From: an uncultured Gemmatimonadales bacterium
Lineage (GTDB): Bacteria; Gemmatimonadota; Gemmatimonadetes; Gemmatimonadales; GWC2-71-9
Assembly: GCA_963795085.1 (NCBI GenBank)
Contig: CAWCFX010000002.1
Coordinates: 1 to 64,000 of the forward strand
DNA length: 64,000 nt
Direction: 5' to 3'
Shown: in pieces, positions 1 through 10,328 of the stretch
How positions within the stretch are numbered: the first letter of the stretch is position 1
Layout of the letters: every line of letters begins with the position of its first letter
Position numbers and translations under genes: made by a program
Notes under the pieces: generated by a model
Databases searched by the model: none
What the model saw: the letters and a program-made list of their open reading frames with translations, nothing else
What the model was told of the DNA's origin: nothing

Positions 1-10
1 CCACGTATTG

Positions 11-334
11 CTATGGGGCGAGCCCTTTGGCGCCGAATACTCGAACAAGGGGCTTCAGTCTCAGGATCTTACGATTGACCAGTTCTTGAAGCCCATAGGC
101 GAACATGGCTTCGAGGCACTTAAACTTACGATTGCCTGGCGCGACCGAAAGGGGGTCGAACACTGCCACTTGGATCGTCGGCTCAGTAAAGGTGGCGTGC
201 CTGCCTACGGCTAGTATCCGGAATGCGGTGACATCCTCAGCAAGGTGAACAATAGGCTCGAACCCGAAGTGCAAGTCCTCTTCAGCGACATCGACCCATC
301 CGTGCTGCAGGCGCACCTCAATCTCTCCGGCCAA
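11..334 (-). CDS. Cassette 1 hypothetical protein (107 aa)
   Basis: TTG start 5 nt after GGAGGT, close to the cassette start; lower GC than host genes. Confidence 0.55.
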   Translation of the reverse strand: MAGEIEVRLQHGWVDVAEEDLHFGFEPIVHLAEDVTAFRILAVGRHATFTEPTIQVAVFDPLSVAPGNRKFKCLEAMFAYGLQELVNRKILRLKPLVRVFGAKGLAP

Positions 335-366
335 GTATTACCTCCAGCTAGTAGAGTAGTGAGACT

Positions 367-463
367 GCCTAACGGTTTGCGCTTGAGCGGCAACCGCGCT
401 CAGCATATGGTGGCGTCCATCGGGTAGCCGGGCGCGGTTGGCCGCTCCAAGCGCGTGTTAGGC
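367..463 (-). repeat. attC site 1
   Basis: Minus strand reads GCCTAAC-ACGCGCTTGGAGCGG...CCGCTCAAGCGC-AAACC-GTTAGGC, with an unpaired G in the L'' arm. Confidence 0.93.
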
Positions 464-784
464 AGTCTCATCGTTACACAGGCGTCGGCACACGAGGTTC
501 CTCGGGAGCTTCGACTGGCTTGGTGCCGGAGACGGACGTTTGGCGATAAGACGCTCAGTAAAATCCTGGCGCTCTGCTAGTTCCTCCAATTGCCTCTGAA
601 TTGCGTCGAACTCGGCAGTCGATCTCACGTCTCTTGGCTGGGGTTCAGGCTCCAGTGAGTGAGAGCCAAAAGGGTCACGCCCAGCCAGGAATTGTCTCCT
701 CGTCCGAACGACTCCAAGGACGAAGGCGGCGGCCGGTAGCCCAGCCAGGAGCAAGTAGGCCCACCAGTACAGGGTCTCGAACAT
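458..784 (-). CDS. Cassette 2 membrane-anchored hypothetical protein (108 aa)
   Basis: N-terminal hydrophobic segment and a coiled-coil-like stretch (IQRQLEELAERQDFTERL). The TAA stop lies within the attC inverse core, as is typical of cassette genes. Confidence 0.7.
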   Translation of the reverse strand: MFETLYWWAYLLLAGLPAAAFVLGVVRTRRQFLAGRDPFGSHSLEPEPQPRDVRSTAEFDAIQRQLEELAERQDFTERLIAKRPSPAPSQSKLPRNLVCRRLCNDETA

Positions 785-837
785 CAGGGCCTCCTGAGTC
801 GTGGCAATTCACCTTCGTCCAAGAATTGGGGTGAGGC

Positions 838-935
838 GCCTAACGGTTTGCGCTTGAGCGGCAACCCGCGCTCAGCATATGGTGGCGTCCATCGGGTAGC
901 TCGGCGCGGTTGACCGCTCCAAGCGCGTGTTAGGC
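838..935 (-). repeat. attC site 2
   Basis: Copy of the array repeat. Confidence 0.93.
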
Positions 936-951
936 GGATGCTGCTGACGTG

Positions 952-1488
952 CTAATGGCAAACGACAACACCGCCAAGTGCGTTCACAGCTCGCGGACTA
1001 TCGTCGGCGCGCACATAATCCTGAGTCATTGTGAAAAAGCAAGCATCACTGGTTGGCACAAAGATGGCTATCACAAGCCTAAGGGTATCAGCCGTTTTGG
1101 CGTCAGGAGTATTGAAACGGACTCCAAACTTGGCAAAACTGCCAGCGCCAACAGCCATCATACTATCATTCCAAAGACCTCCGACCGCCTGTTGAGTCAA
1201 TAGGTGCGAAAGCCAATCCAAAGCAAGTGGCCGTGCCTTCAGGTGTGAAGCGTCCCAGACATCTGGAAATAGCAAAAGATTTATGGGCCTGATACTGTCA
1301 GGGCGACCACGGAATAGCGGATCGCGGCTGGCCATTATTGCTGCCGGCACCTGGCCAAGAGCAGATTCATACATCGCATATGAGGTCTGATCGTCCACAA
1401 TTGGCTTGGGGGCGTTCCTACCTTGAGCAGGAACACAGCCGGCGAGCCAAATGCCGATAAGCCACAACTGGTTCAAGGAGATCTTCAC
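952..1488 (-). CDS. Cassette 3 putative lipoprotein (178 aa)
   Basis: ORF fills the cassette; signal peptide with lipobox LAGC; lower GC. Confidence 0.75.
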   Translation of the reverse strand: MKISLNQLWLIGIWLAGCVPAQGRNAPKPIVDDQTSYAMYESALGQVPAAIMASRDPLFRGRPDSIRPINLLLFPDVWDASHLKARPLALDWLSHLLTQQAVGGLWNDSMMAVGAGSFAKFGVRFNTPDAKTADTLRLVIAIFVPTSDACFFTMTQDYVRADDSPRAVNALGGVVVCH

Positions 1489-1495
1489 GGCATCC

Positions 1496-1593
1496 GCCTA
1501 ACGGTTTGCGCTTGAGCGGCAACCCGCGCTCAGCATGTGGTGGCGTCCATCGGGTAGCCGGGCGCGGTTGACCGCTCCAAGCGCGTGTTAGCT
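1496..1593 (-). repeat. attC site 3
   Basis: Copy of the array repeat. Confidence 0.93.
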
Positions 1594-1897
1594 GCACGCT
1601 GCGGGTCTACCTACGCTGTCCTCGCGAGATGAGCCAGGTCGCAGCCCGATCGGCGAAGCAGCGAGTTCCGGCCAGGCCGTATGTCAGTCGTCGGCAGGTC
1701 CGCCTACCTGCGATGCGCGAGCGGCATCCGTTGGGCAATGAACGATGAAGCCACTCGACCTTGCCAGGTCACTGCGATACCGAAGCTAGCAGATCGGAAC
1801 CAAGGCTCGCGACTTGACAGGATCGCGCCGAGTGACCAAGTGCCCAGCAAGCCGATGCGCATAGGCGCTCAGATGATCTCAGAGGCTCATGGCGGCT

Positions 1898-1994
1898 GCC
1901 TAACGGTTTGCGCTTGAGCGGCATTCGCGCTCAGCATGTGCTGGCGTCCATCGGGTGGCTCGGCGCGAATGGCCACTCCAAGCGCGTGTTAGGC
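1898..1994 (-). repeat. attC site 4 (subtype 2)
   Basis: Variant with CATTCGCGC/GCGCGAATG inner stem. Confidence 0.93.
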
Positions 1995-2434
1995 AGCCGC
2001 TTGTCGGATCTGCACGGCGTCGATCGCCTGCGACTGTCAGTGACGTGCGCTAAGCTCGAAGTCATGCGAGCGCCGTGCTCAGCGAAGACTGAAGTGCCAT
2101 GCCGTATGCGACCGAGCTGCTCCGTGCTAGCGCCAAGGACGCTTCCGCAGATCCGGGCATGATCCGACGAGGCCTCCGGCATCGACGGAAGCCGAGTGCC
2201 TGAGCATCGGCCGCATGGCCAATCGCAACGTGAACGGTGCAGGGATGTCCTGGGAAGCGACCTGCTGAGCGGAGGCCGTCCAGCGATCAGCTCGCACATG
2301 CACGCTGCGCATGCCAGCAAGTGACGGACTGCCTAGCACGCAGGCATGTCGCGCTGCGATAGGCGACGCTGAGAACTGCCGAGCAGCAGCGATCGCAATG
2401 CATGGACTGGTCGCATAGGATGCTCCTGGGCGCC

Positions 2435-2531
2435 GCCTAACGGTTTGCGCTTGAGCGGCAACCGCGCTCAGCATATGGTGGCGTCCAGCGGGTAGCTGGG
2501 CGCGGTTGACCGCTCCAAGCGCGTGTTAGAC
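2435..2531 (-). repeat. attC site 5
   Basis: Copy of the array repeat. Confidence 0.93.
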
Positions 2532-3024
2532 GCCCACCCTTGTTGGAACTGCCCCGGCATCCGATCACCTGGGATGTGGGGGGCCTGCCTAGAACCTGCA
2601 GCGCTAACCCGGAACGTCAAGAGCCCAGGCGGAGCAGGGGAGGGCACGGGCCAGCCAAGCCCGGTGCTTTCGGTTCCTGGTGACAGGACGGCCTCCACGG
2701 CTTCGAACTGCACAAGTGGCGGCCTTCCTTGGCGGAGCGGAGCCGGAGCTCGCCTGGAATACCCTTTGGACCGCCGTCGGGACCCGCCCGAAGCAAATGG
2801 AAGACCTCCTTGGCCCAGCGGAGCGGAGCTGGCCGAGGAACCGGCGTTGACCCCAGGCGGGATCCGCCCGGCGCAAATGAAGGACTTCCTTAACAAAGCG
2901 AGGCCTGGACCTGGTGGCGAGTACCCGGTGACCTGTCTGCGGGAAGTGCCAGGAGAGTGCGTCTGAATCCCCGGCTTGGACTACCCCGGCTGCAGTCAGA
3001 AAAGATGTACGATCGTCGGTGGGC
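2532..3024 (-). other. Gene-less cassette family A (cassette 6)
   Basis: 493 bp; nearly identical to 6058-6550 and close to 10800-11286; no reading frame conserved across the family. Confidence 0.8.
2593..2620 (-). promoter_or_regulatory. Candidate sigma70-like promoter in gene-less cassette (TTGACG-N16-CAGGTT)
   Basis: Both boxes and their spacing are conserved between families A and B while the spacer sequence differs. Confidence 0.45.
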
Positions 3025-3121
3025 GGCTAACGGTTTGCGCTTGAGCGGCAACCGCGCTCAGCATATGGTGGCGTCCATCGGGTAGCCGGGCGCGGTTGAC
3101 CGCTCCAAGCGCGTGTTAGGC
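3025..3121 (-). repeat. attC site 6
   Basis: Copy of the array repeat. Confidence 0.93.
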
Positions 3122-3556
3122 AGCCGCTGTCAGCCGGCCGACACGGATCGGTGCCTCGCTAGACCTGCATGCCAGCCGACGTCAAGACTCGGCATGCTGC
3201 CGGATACTGACGTGCCGAAGCGTGTCCAGCCTGCGTCGGATGGCACCATGCGCCGAGCTGGCATCAAGCTGGATGCCGAGCATCGAGCCAGCAGCGACCT
3301 GATGGCACGCCGTCAGCGCGATCCGCGCGATCGCGACAGCGAAGCACATGCTTGGCGCAGCGAGCCGACTGCCTAGGATGAGCCGTCGACGCAGATCGAC
3401 CTGGCGCACATGAAGGACGCTCAGCGCAGCCGAGGCCGGAGCTGCTGCACGCATCCGCAGCTGCGGTAAGTCACTGAGCGAGCCAGGCGTGCCGATCAGC
3501 AGCTCGATAGACCAGCTGAGTGCATCGGACTCAGCTCATCGTGAGCTTGGCTGCGC

Positions 3557-3653
3557 GCCTAACGGTTTGCGCTTGAGCGGCAACCGCGCTCAGCATATGG
3601 TGGCGTCCATCGGGTAGCTGGGCGCGGTTGACCGCTCCAAGCGCGTGTTAGCC
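3557..3653 (-). repeat. attC site 7
   Basis: Copy of the array repeat. Confidence 0.93.
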
Positions 3654-4186
3654 GCCTACCCCTGGTCGCTCTCCGGCAATCGGATGCCTGGATGCTGGGG
3701 GCCTGCCTAGAACCTGCAGCGCCAACCCGGAACGTCAAGAGCCCGGCTGGCGCCGGGTAGTGCACGGGCCGCCAGGCCCGGTGCTCCCAGCCCTGGTGAC
3801 AGGACGGCCCCCACGGCTGCGGGCTGCACACATAGTGACCTTCCGCTGGCAGAGCGGAGCCGGAACTCAGCCTGAGTACCGTTGGATCGCCTGCGGGACC
3901 TGCTCGGAACAAATGAAGGACCTCCTGGGACAGCGGAGCGGAGCTGGCCGAGGCATCGGCAGCTGGACCGTCTGCGGGACCAGCCCGAGCAAATGAAGGA
4001 CTTCCTTGGCGCAGCGAGGCCGGAGCCTGGTGGCCGGACTCGGTGACTGCCTGCGGGAAGCGCGGGAAGCGGAGTGCGAGGTCCTCACTCGGACTAACCT
4101 GAGCGAGCTCGCGCAGTCAGGCAACGAACGCTGAGCGCAGCGTCAGTAGTGTGCACCGTTGACGCATCGATGGAGCTCGTGGCGCT
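3654..4186 (-). other. Gene-less cassette family A, divergent, with scrambled right end (cassette 8)
   Basis: Shares family A motifs up to ~4100, then becomes homopolymer-poor sequence. Confidence 0.7.
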
Positions 4187-4284
4187 GCCTAACGGTTTGC
4201 GCTTGAGCGGCAACCCGCGCTCAGCATATGGTGGCGTCCATCGGGTAGCCGGGCGCGGTTGACCGCTCCAAGCGCGTGTTAGAC
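4187..4284 (-). repeat. attC site 8
   Basis: Copy of the array repeat. Confidence 0.93.
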
Positions 4285-4777
4285 ACCCACCCTTGGTGGC
4301 GCTCTCCCGGCAACCGACAGCCTGGGATGCTGGGGGCCTGCCTAGAACCTGCAGCGCCAACCCGGAACGTCAAGAGCCCGGGCGGAGCAGGGGAGGGCAC
4401 GGGCCGGCCAGGCCCGGTGCTCCCCATCTCTGGTGACAGGACGGCCCCCGCGGCTTCGGGCTGCACAAATGGCGGCCTTCCTTGGCGTAGCGGAGCCGGA
4501 GCGAGCCTGGTGTACCCGGCGGACCGCCTGCGGGACCCACCCTGAACAATTGAAGGACCTCCTTGGCCCAGCGGAGCGGAGCTGGCCGGGGAACCGCACC
4601 TGACCCTCTGCGGGACCCGACCGGAGCAAGTGAAGGACTTCCTTGGCGCAGCGAGGCCTGGGCTTGGTGACGAGTACCTGGTGAACCGTCTGCGGGAGGC
4701 GCAAGGAAAGGGAGTCCGAAGTTCCGGCTGGGACTGCCCCGGGGGCAGTCAGAAAAGATGTTGGGCCGTCGGTGGGT
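4285..4777 (-). other. Gene-less cassette family A variant (cassette 9)
   Basis: 493 bp, collinear with cassette 6 but with many substitutions. Confidence 0.8.
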
Positions 4778-4874
4778 GGCTAACGGTTTGCGCTTGAGCG
4801 GCATTCGCGCTCATCATATCCTGGCGTCCATCGGGTGGCCCGGCGCGAATGGCCACTCCAAGCGCGTGTTATGC
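4778..4874 (-). repeat. attC site 9 (subtype 2)
   Basis: Variant inner stem. Confidence 0.93.
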
Positions 4875-5372
4875 GCCAGCAGATTAGCACGGTATTCGCC
4901 TTCCGATGACCTCAATAGGCTCGTGGTAGCCATCGACATCCCACGCCCTGCTTCCCCGTGCCGCGAACAGAATCAGGTGATGTCAGAGCAAGCGTGAAGT
5001 CAAGACCTTGACCTTGCCAGCCTGACCGGAGAGCCACCGCACTGAGTCCGAGTGGCGAGCCGACCACTGGCCGACCATGGCATCAGGCGCGTTCGGCTCT
5101 GCCATCGCCTGCGCTCGCCGGATTAACACCTGTTCCGTCTGCGAGCGTGGCCGAGATTGCTCCTTCAAGACAAGAGAATCAGAAAAAGCCTGAGATGGCC
5201 GCGCCATAACCGAGAGTGTCCTTCGGCACTGGCGTGACAACACTCAGAGCATAGCAACCCACGTAAGGGCGCTCATTGTCCTTGAGCGGAGCCGGCGTCC
5301 ACTCCGGGGCTTTCGAGAGTCTCGCTCCACAGCCCAATAGAACGAGAAACGCAACAGGCGATAGATGCGCAT
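4875..5372 (-). pseudogene. Cassette 10 frameshifted putative lipoprotein
   Basis: ATG at 5372 is one base out of frame with HLSPVAFLVLLGC (lipobox). The sequence continues in another frame (AFSDSLVLKEQ...). The 3' end is uncertain. Confidence 0.55.
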
Positions 5373-5413
5373 GACGTTAGGGTGCCCTCGCAGAAGAGCT
5401 TGCACAGGCTGGC

Positions 5414-5510
5414 GCATAACGGTTTGCGCTTGAGCGGCAACCGCGCTCAGCATATGGTGGCGTCCAGCGGGTAGCCGGGCGCGGTTGACCGCTCCAAGCG
5501 CGTGTTATGC
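5414..5510 (-). repeat. attC site 10
   Basis: Copy of the array repeat. Confidence 0.93.
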
Positions 5511-5960
5511 GCCGCACCGGTGCCGATCGGCCAGCTGGCATCGCCCTGGATCTAGCGACCGGCCTCCGAACCGGCTAGCACGTGACCCGGACAGCCTGAC
5601 AGGTCCACGCTGCCAGGCAGCGTAGAGCCGATCGAGCCGGCGCTCATCCGACGGCAGCCTGGAACTGTCGACGAGCCATGCAGCTGCGCCTGACGAGCAT
5701 GCCTGCGACCTGAGCCAGGCAGTCGGCGCATCGGACGGCACTGCCGACGGCTCGAAGCTGCAGCCACCTGCATCCGAGTGAGCCGACGCAATCGACGACC
5801 GTCAGCGAGACCGCACCGGCGCAACTGACGATCCCTAGCGATCCGTAGGCCGTGACCTGGAAGCCTGGACGCTGCCTGCAGCACGTGCGAGAGTCGCGTG
5901 AGCTCACGCGGCCGAGCGGCCGAGCGATCGCAGTCGAAGCATCATGGGCTACGGCGTGCG

Positions 5961-6057
5961 GCATAACGGTTTGCGCTTGAGCGGCAACCGCGCTCAGCAT
6001 ATGGTGGCGTCCAGCGGGTAGCTGGGCGCGGTTGACCGCTCCAAGCGCGTGTTAGAC
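5961..6057 (-). repeat. attC site 11
   Basis: Copy of the array repeat. Confidence 0.93.
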
Positions 6058-6550
6058 GCCCACCCTTGTTGGAACTGCCCCGGCATCCGATCACCTGGGA
6101 TGTGGGGGGCCTGCCTAGAACCTGCAGCGCTAACCCGGAACGTCAAGAGCCCAGGCGGAGCAGGGGAGGGCACGGGCCAGCCAAGCCCGGTGCTTTCGGT
6201 TCCTGGTGACAGGACGGCCTCCCCGGCTTCGAACTGCACAAGTGGCGGCCTTCCTTGGCGGAGCGGAGCCGGAGCTCGCCTGGAATACCCTTTGGACCGC
6301 CGTCGGGACCCGCCCGAAGCAAATGGAAGACCTCCTTGGCCCAGCGGAGCGGAGCTGGCCGAGGAACCGGCGTTGACCCCAGGCGGGATCCGCCCGGCGC
6401 AAATGAAGGACTTCCTTAACAAAGCGAGGCCTGGACCTGGTGGCGAGTACCCGGTGACCTGTCTGCGGGAAGTGCCAGGAGAGTGCGTCTGAATCCCCGG
6501 CTTGGACTACCCCGGCTGCAGTCAGAAAAGATGTACGATCGTCGGTGGGC
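6058..6550 (-). other. Gene-less cassette family A (cassette 12), duplicate of cassette 6
   Basis: I saw a single substitution relative to 2532-3024. Confidence 0.85.
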
Positions 6551-6648
6551 GGCTAACGGTTTGCGCTTGAGCGGCAATCCGCGCTCAGCATATGGTGGCG
6601 TCCATCGGGTAGCCGGGCGCGGTTGACCGCTCCAAGCGCGTGTTAAGC
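6551..6648 (-). repeat. attC site 12
   Basis: Copy of the array repeat. Confidence 0.93.
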
Positions 6649-7126
6649 GCCGACCAACCAGTGCCTGGCCAGGATCTGAACGGTGCCTGCTTGAACTTGC
6701 CTCCGAAACCGGGGCCGTCAAGTACTGGGCGGCTGGCTGGTCCACGTGGCCGGGGCAGCTCGATTCGGGCGGCTGCAGTCGGGGACGGCGACCGCGGGCC
6801 GGGTTGGCACAAGTGGACGCTTCCGCAGCATCCAGCGGGCAAGGAGCCGAGCCTTGGCTGGGTGGGCCGGGGAGCCGGGACCCGCCGATCACAAATGAAG
6901 GACCTCCTTGGCGCAGCGAGGCCGGAACTGTCCTGGGTGACGTCCGCTGGCGGCCGGCGGGACTGACCCGGCGCGAATGAAGGACTTCAATTGCTCAGGG
7001 GAGCCGGAGGCTGGCCTTGCTGACGTGTTCGAGGACGGCGGGAGTTTCTGGCGAGCCAGGCTTGCGGGCCGGGCAGGGGAGTGGCCCGGTGGTGTTCCAC
7101 TCCGTTCCTAGTGTGAGATGGTTGGC
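6649..7126 (-). other. Gene-less cassette family B (cassette 13)
   Basis: 478 bp; near-identical to 7224-7700 and 8932-9408. Confidence 0.85.
6694..6721 (-). promoter_or_regulatory. Candidate sigma70-like promoter in family B cassette (TTGACG-N16-CAAGTT)
   Basis: Same boxes and spacing as in family A. Confidence 0.45.
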
Positions 7127-7223
7127 GCTTAACGGTTTGCGCTTGAGCGGCAACCGCGCTCAGCATATGGTGGCGTCCATCGGGTAGCCGGGCGCGGTTG
7201 ACCGCTCCAAGCGCGTGTTAAGC
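7127..7223 (-). repeat. attC site 13
   Basis: Copy of the array repeat. Confidence 0.93.
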
Positions 7224-7700
7224 GCCGACCAACCAGTGCCCGGCCAGGATCTGAACGGTGCCTGCTTGAACTTGCCTCCGAAACCGGGGCCGTCAAGTAC
7301 TGGGCGGCTGGCTGGTCCACGTGGCCGGGGCAGCTCGATCCGGGCGGCTGCAGTCGGGGACGGCGACCGCGGGCCGGATTGGCACAAGTGGACGCTTCCG
7401 CAGCAGCCAGCGGGCAAGGAGCCGAGCCTTGGCTGGGTGGGCCGGGGAGCCGGGACCCGCCGATCACAAATGAAGGACCTCCTTGGCGCAGCGAGGCCGG
7501 AACTGTCCTGGGTGACGTCCGCTGGCGGCCGGCGGGACTGACCCGGCGCGAATGAAGGACTTCAATTGCTCAGGGGAGCCGGAGCTGGCCTTGCTGACGT
7601 GTTCGAGGACGGCGGGAGTTTCTGGCGAGCCAGGCTTGCGGGCCGGGCAGGGGAGTGGCCCGGTGGTGTTCCACTCCGTTCCTAGTGTGAGATGGTTGGC
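7224..7700 (-). other. Gene-less cassette family B (cassette 14), tandem duplicate
   Basis: Near-identical to cassette 13. Confidence 0.85.
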
Positions 7701-7797
7701 GCTTAACGGTTTGCGCTTGAGTGGCATTCGCGCTCATCATGTCGTGGCGTCCATCGGGTAGCCCGGCGCGAATGGCCACTCCAAGCGCGTGTTAGGC
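7701..7797 (-). repeat. attC site 14 (subtype 2)
   Basis: Variant inner stem. Confidence 0.93.
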
Positions 7798-8257
7798 AGC
7801 CGCTCATCGATGACGCTAGCCACGCACGCCAATGTCGCAGCAGCCATCCGAAGCTGGCGTCGGCCCGACTAGTGTGCACTGCGATGCACGAAGGCTCGAT
7901 GACACCATGCGGCCGACCGGGTAAGTGCTGCCATCATCGAATCTGCATGAGATCCGGACAACGATGCGCCCTGCAATCACGCCGAGCGACTGTACTTGCA
8001 CTGACGGTAAGCGCAGAGCCTCCGACAATCGCGACTGCAGCCAGCATGATCGCCATGCAGCCGAGCAGTGGACCGACGACCACAAGATCAAGGCCACATC
8101 CGTTCGGTGAGAGTCCGAGTGCCGGAGCACAATGCACATCGCGAGCTGCTGCACGCAGCGCTCAGCACCAAGAAGCGACACAGCGACCAGTGCGCCCGAT
8201 CTGCGATGCCAGACGACCAGTCATGTCGAAGCTCACATCAGAGGTGCTATGGCGGCC

Positions 8258-8355
8258 GCCTAACGGTTTGCGCTTGAGCGGCAATCCGCGCTCAGCATAT
8301 GGTGGCGTCCAGCGGGTAGCCGGGCGCGGTTGACCGCTCCAAGCGCGTGTTATGC
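8258..8355 (-). repeat. attC site 15
   Basis: Copy of the array repeat. Confidence 0.93.
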
Positions 8356-8833
8356 GCCCAATCACCCCGGTCCCTGGCCAGCCTGGACGGCCCTGCTTGA
8401 ACTTGCCTCCGAATCCGGGGCCGTCAAGTACTCGGCAGCTGGCGGGTCCACGCTGCGGAGGCGGCTGGATGCGAGCGGTTGCAGTCGGGGACGGCGGCCG
8501 AGGGCCGGGCTGGCACAAGTGGACGCTTCCGCAGCATCGAGCGGACGAGGAGCCCGCCGACCCTTCGGCGAACCGGGCAGCCGGGACCGGACCGGCAGCA
8601 AATGAAGGATTTCCTTAGCGCAGCGAGGCCTGGGCCTGCCTGGTTGACGCCAGCTGGCGACCGTCGGGACTCAGCTGGCGCAAATGAAGGACTTCCTTGC
8701 TTCAGGGGAGCCTGAGGTCGGGAGAGCGACGTAGCTCAAGGGCGACGGGACGTTCTGGCGAGCTGGACCTGGCGGTCCGGCAGGGGAGTGGACCGGCGGT
8801 GTTCCGCTCAGTTGATCGAGGCGAATGATTGGC
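8356..8833 (-). other. Gene-less cassette family B variant (cassette 16)
   Basis: 478 bp, collinear with cassette 13 but diverged. Confidence 0.8.
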
Positions 8834-8931
8834 GCATAACGGTTTGCGCTTGAGCGGCAATCCGCGCTCAGCATATGGTGGCGTCCATCGGGTAGCCGGG
8901 CGCGGTTGACCGCTCCAAGCGCGTGTTAAGC
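8834..8931 (-). repeat. attC site 16
   Basis: Copy of the array repeat. Confidence 0.93.
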
Positions 8932-9408
8932 GCCGACCAACCAGTGCCCGGCCAGGATCTGAACGGTGCCTGCTTGAACTTGCCTCCGAAACCGGGGCCG
9001 TCAAGTACTGGGCGGCTGGCTGGTCCACGTGGCCGGGGCAGCTCGATCCGGGCGGCTGCAGTCGGGGACGGCGACCGCGGGCCGGATTGGCACAAGTGGA
9101 CGCTTCCGCAGCATCCAGCGGGCAAGGAGCCGAGCCTTGGCTGGGTGGGCCGGGCAGCCGGGACCCGCCGATCACAAATGAAGGACCTCCTTGGCGCAGC
9201 GAGGCCGGAACTGTCCTGGGTGACGTCCGCTGGCGGCCGGCGGGACTGACCCGGCGCGAATGAAGGACTTCAATTGCTCAGGGGAGCCGGAGGTGGCCTT
9301 GCTGACGTGTTCGAGGACGGCGGGAGTTCCTGGCGAGCCAGGCTTGCGGGCCGGGCAGGGGAGTGACCCGGTGGTGTTCCACTCCGTTCCTAGTGTGCGA
9401 TGGTTGGC
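8932..9408 (-). other. Gene-less cassette family B (cassette 17)
   Basis: Near-identical to cassettes 13 and 14. Confidence 0.85.
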
Positions 9409-9505
9409 GCTTAACGGTTTGCGCTTGAGCGGCAACCGCGCTCAGCATATGGTGGCGTCCATCGGGTAGCCCGGCGCGGTTGACCGCTCCAAGCGCGTGT
9501 TATAC
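9409..9505 (-). repeat. attC site 17
   Basis: Copy of the array repeat. Confidence 0.93.
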
Positions 9506-9775
9506 GGCGCAGCCGCCACTGCGGAGCTGCAGACCGGCGTCTCCGGCTCATCGATAGCGTACGCCGTGGCCGGAAACCGCCACACCTCCCGGACGGTCCA
9601 GCCCTGGTGACAGTTCCGCGTCCGAGGACCAGCGCCGCACCAATCGACGCTTCCGTAGCAACCCGGAGCACGAGCTCGCTGCACGCTGCCCGGACCGTGC
9701 AGCCATCCGGGAGCCGCTTGAGCAGGACTGCTGTTCACCGCTCCGCTGTAGGAGCGCAGGCAAGTCCTGGGCGCC
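9506..9775 (-). other. Short gene-less cassette related to families A and B (cassette 18)
   Basis: 270 bp; contains CCAGCCCTGGTGACAG (A-like) and GCAC..A..GACGCTTCCG.AGCA (B-like). Confidence 0.55.
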
Positions 9776-9872
9776 GTATAACGGTTTGCGCTTGAGCGGC
9801 AACCGCGCTCAGCATATGGTGGCGTCCATCGGGTAGCCGGGCGCGGTTGACCGCTCCAAGCGCGTGTTAGGC
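9776..9872 (-). repeat. attC site 18
   Basis: Copy of the array repeat. Confidence 0.93.
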
Positions 9873-10231
9873 GCCGCACTGGTCGCCTGCCGCAGACAGC
9901 TCAGCTGGAGCCTGCCGAACTGCACTCGGATAGTCGACACGCCGAGCTGCGAATCCGCCAGCAGCCGATGCTCCGGACTGGTGCAGCGCACCTGAGCTGA
10001 CTGCAGGCCATCTCGCGATCGGCTGCAGACGTGCCGCGATACCGATGCGACGGCTCATGCCAGTGTAGCAGCCGTGAGCATGCGAGCGAGCCGCCTACGC
10101 TGTCACCGGGCAATGCGCCGTCGCTCAGAGTGCGGCGCATGAGCCGATGCCGATGCCGGAACTGGTGACTGCAGCCGTCGAAGCCAGTGCACCATTGCAA
10201 GGCAGCAGCGATGCTCTGAGTCGTGGCAGGC

Positions 10232-10328
10232 GTCTAACGGTTTGCGCTTGAGCGGCAACCGCGCTCAGCATATGGTGGCGTCCAGCGGGTAGCCGGGCGC
10301 GGTTGACCGCTCCAAGCGCGTGTTAGGC
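10232..10328 (-). repeat. attC site 19
   Basis: Copy of the array repeat. Confidence 0.93.

Noticed and set aside
2580..2660. tRNA or SRP RNA inside family A/B cassettes
   Set aside because: No cloverleaf, T-loop or SRP GGAA-loop consensus recognisable by eye; an Rfam cmscan would be decisive
2713..2950. Repeated peptide motif (AKEVLHLL / MKDLL) as a repeat protein
   Set aside because: Unit spacing of 80-82 bp shifts the frame between units
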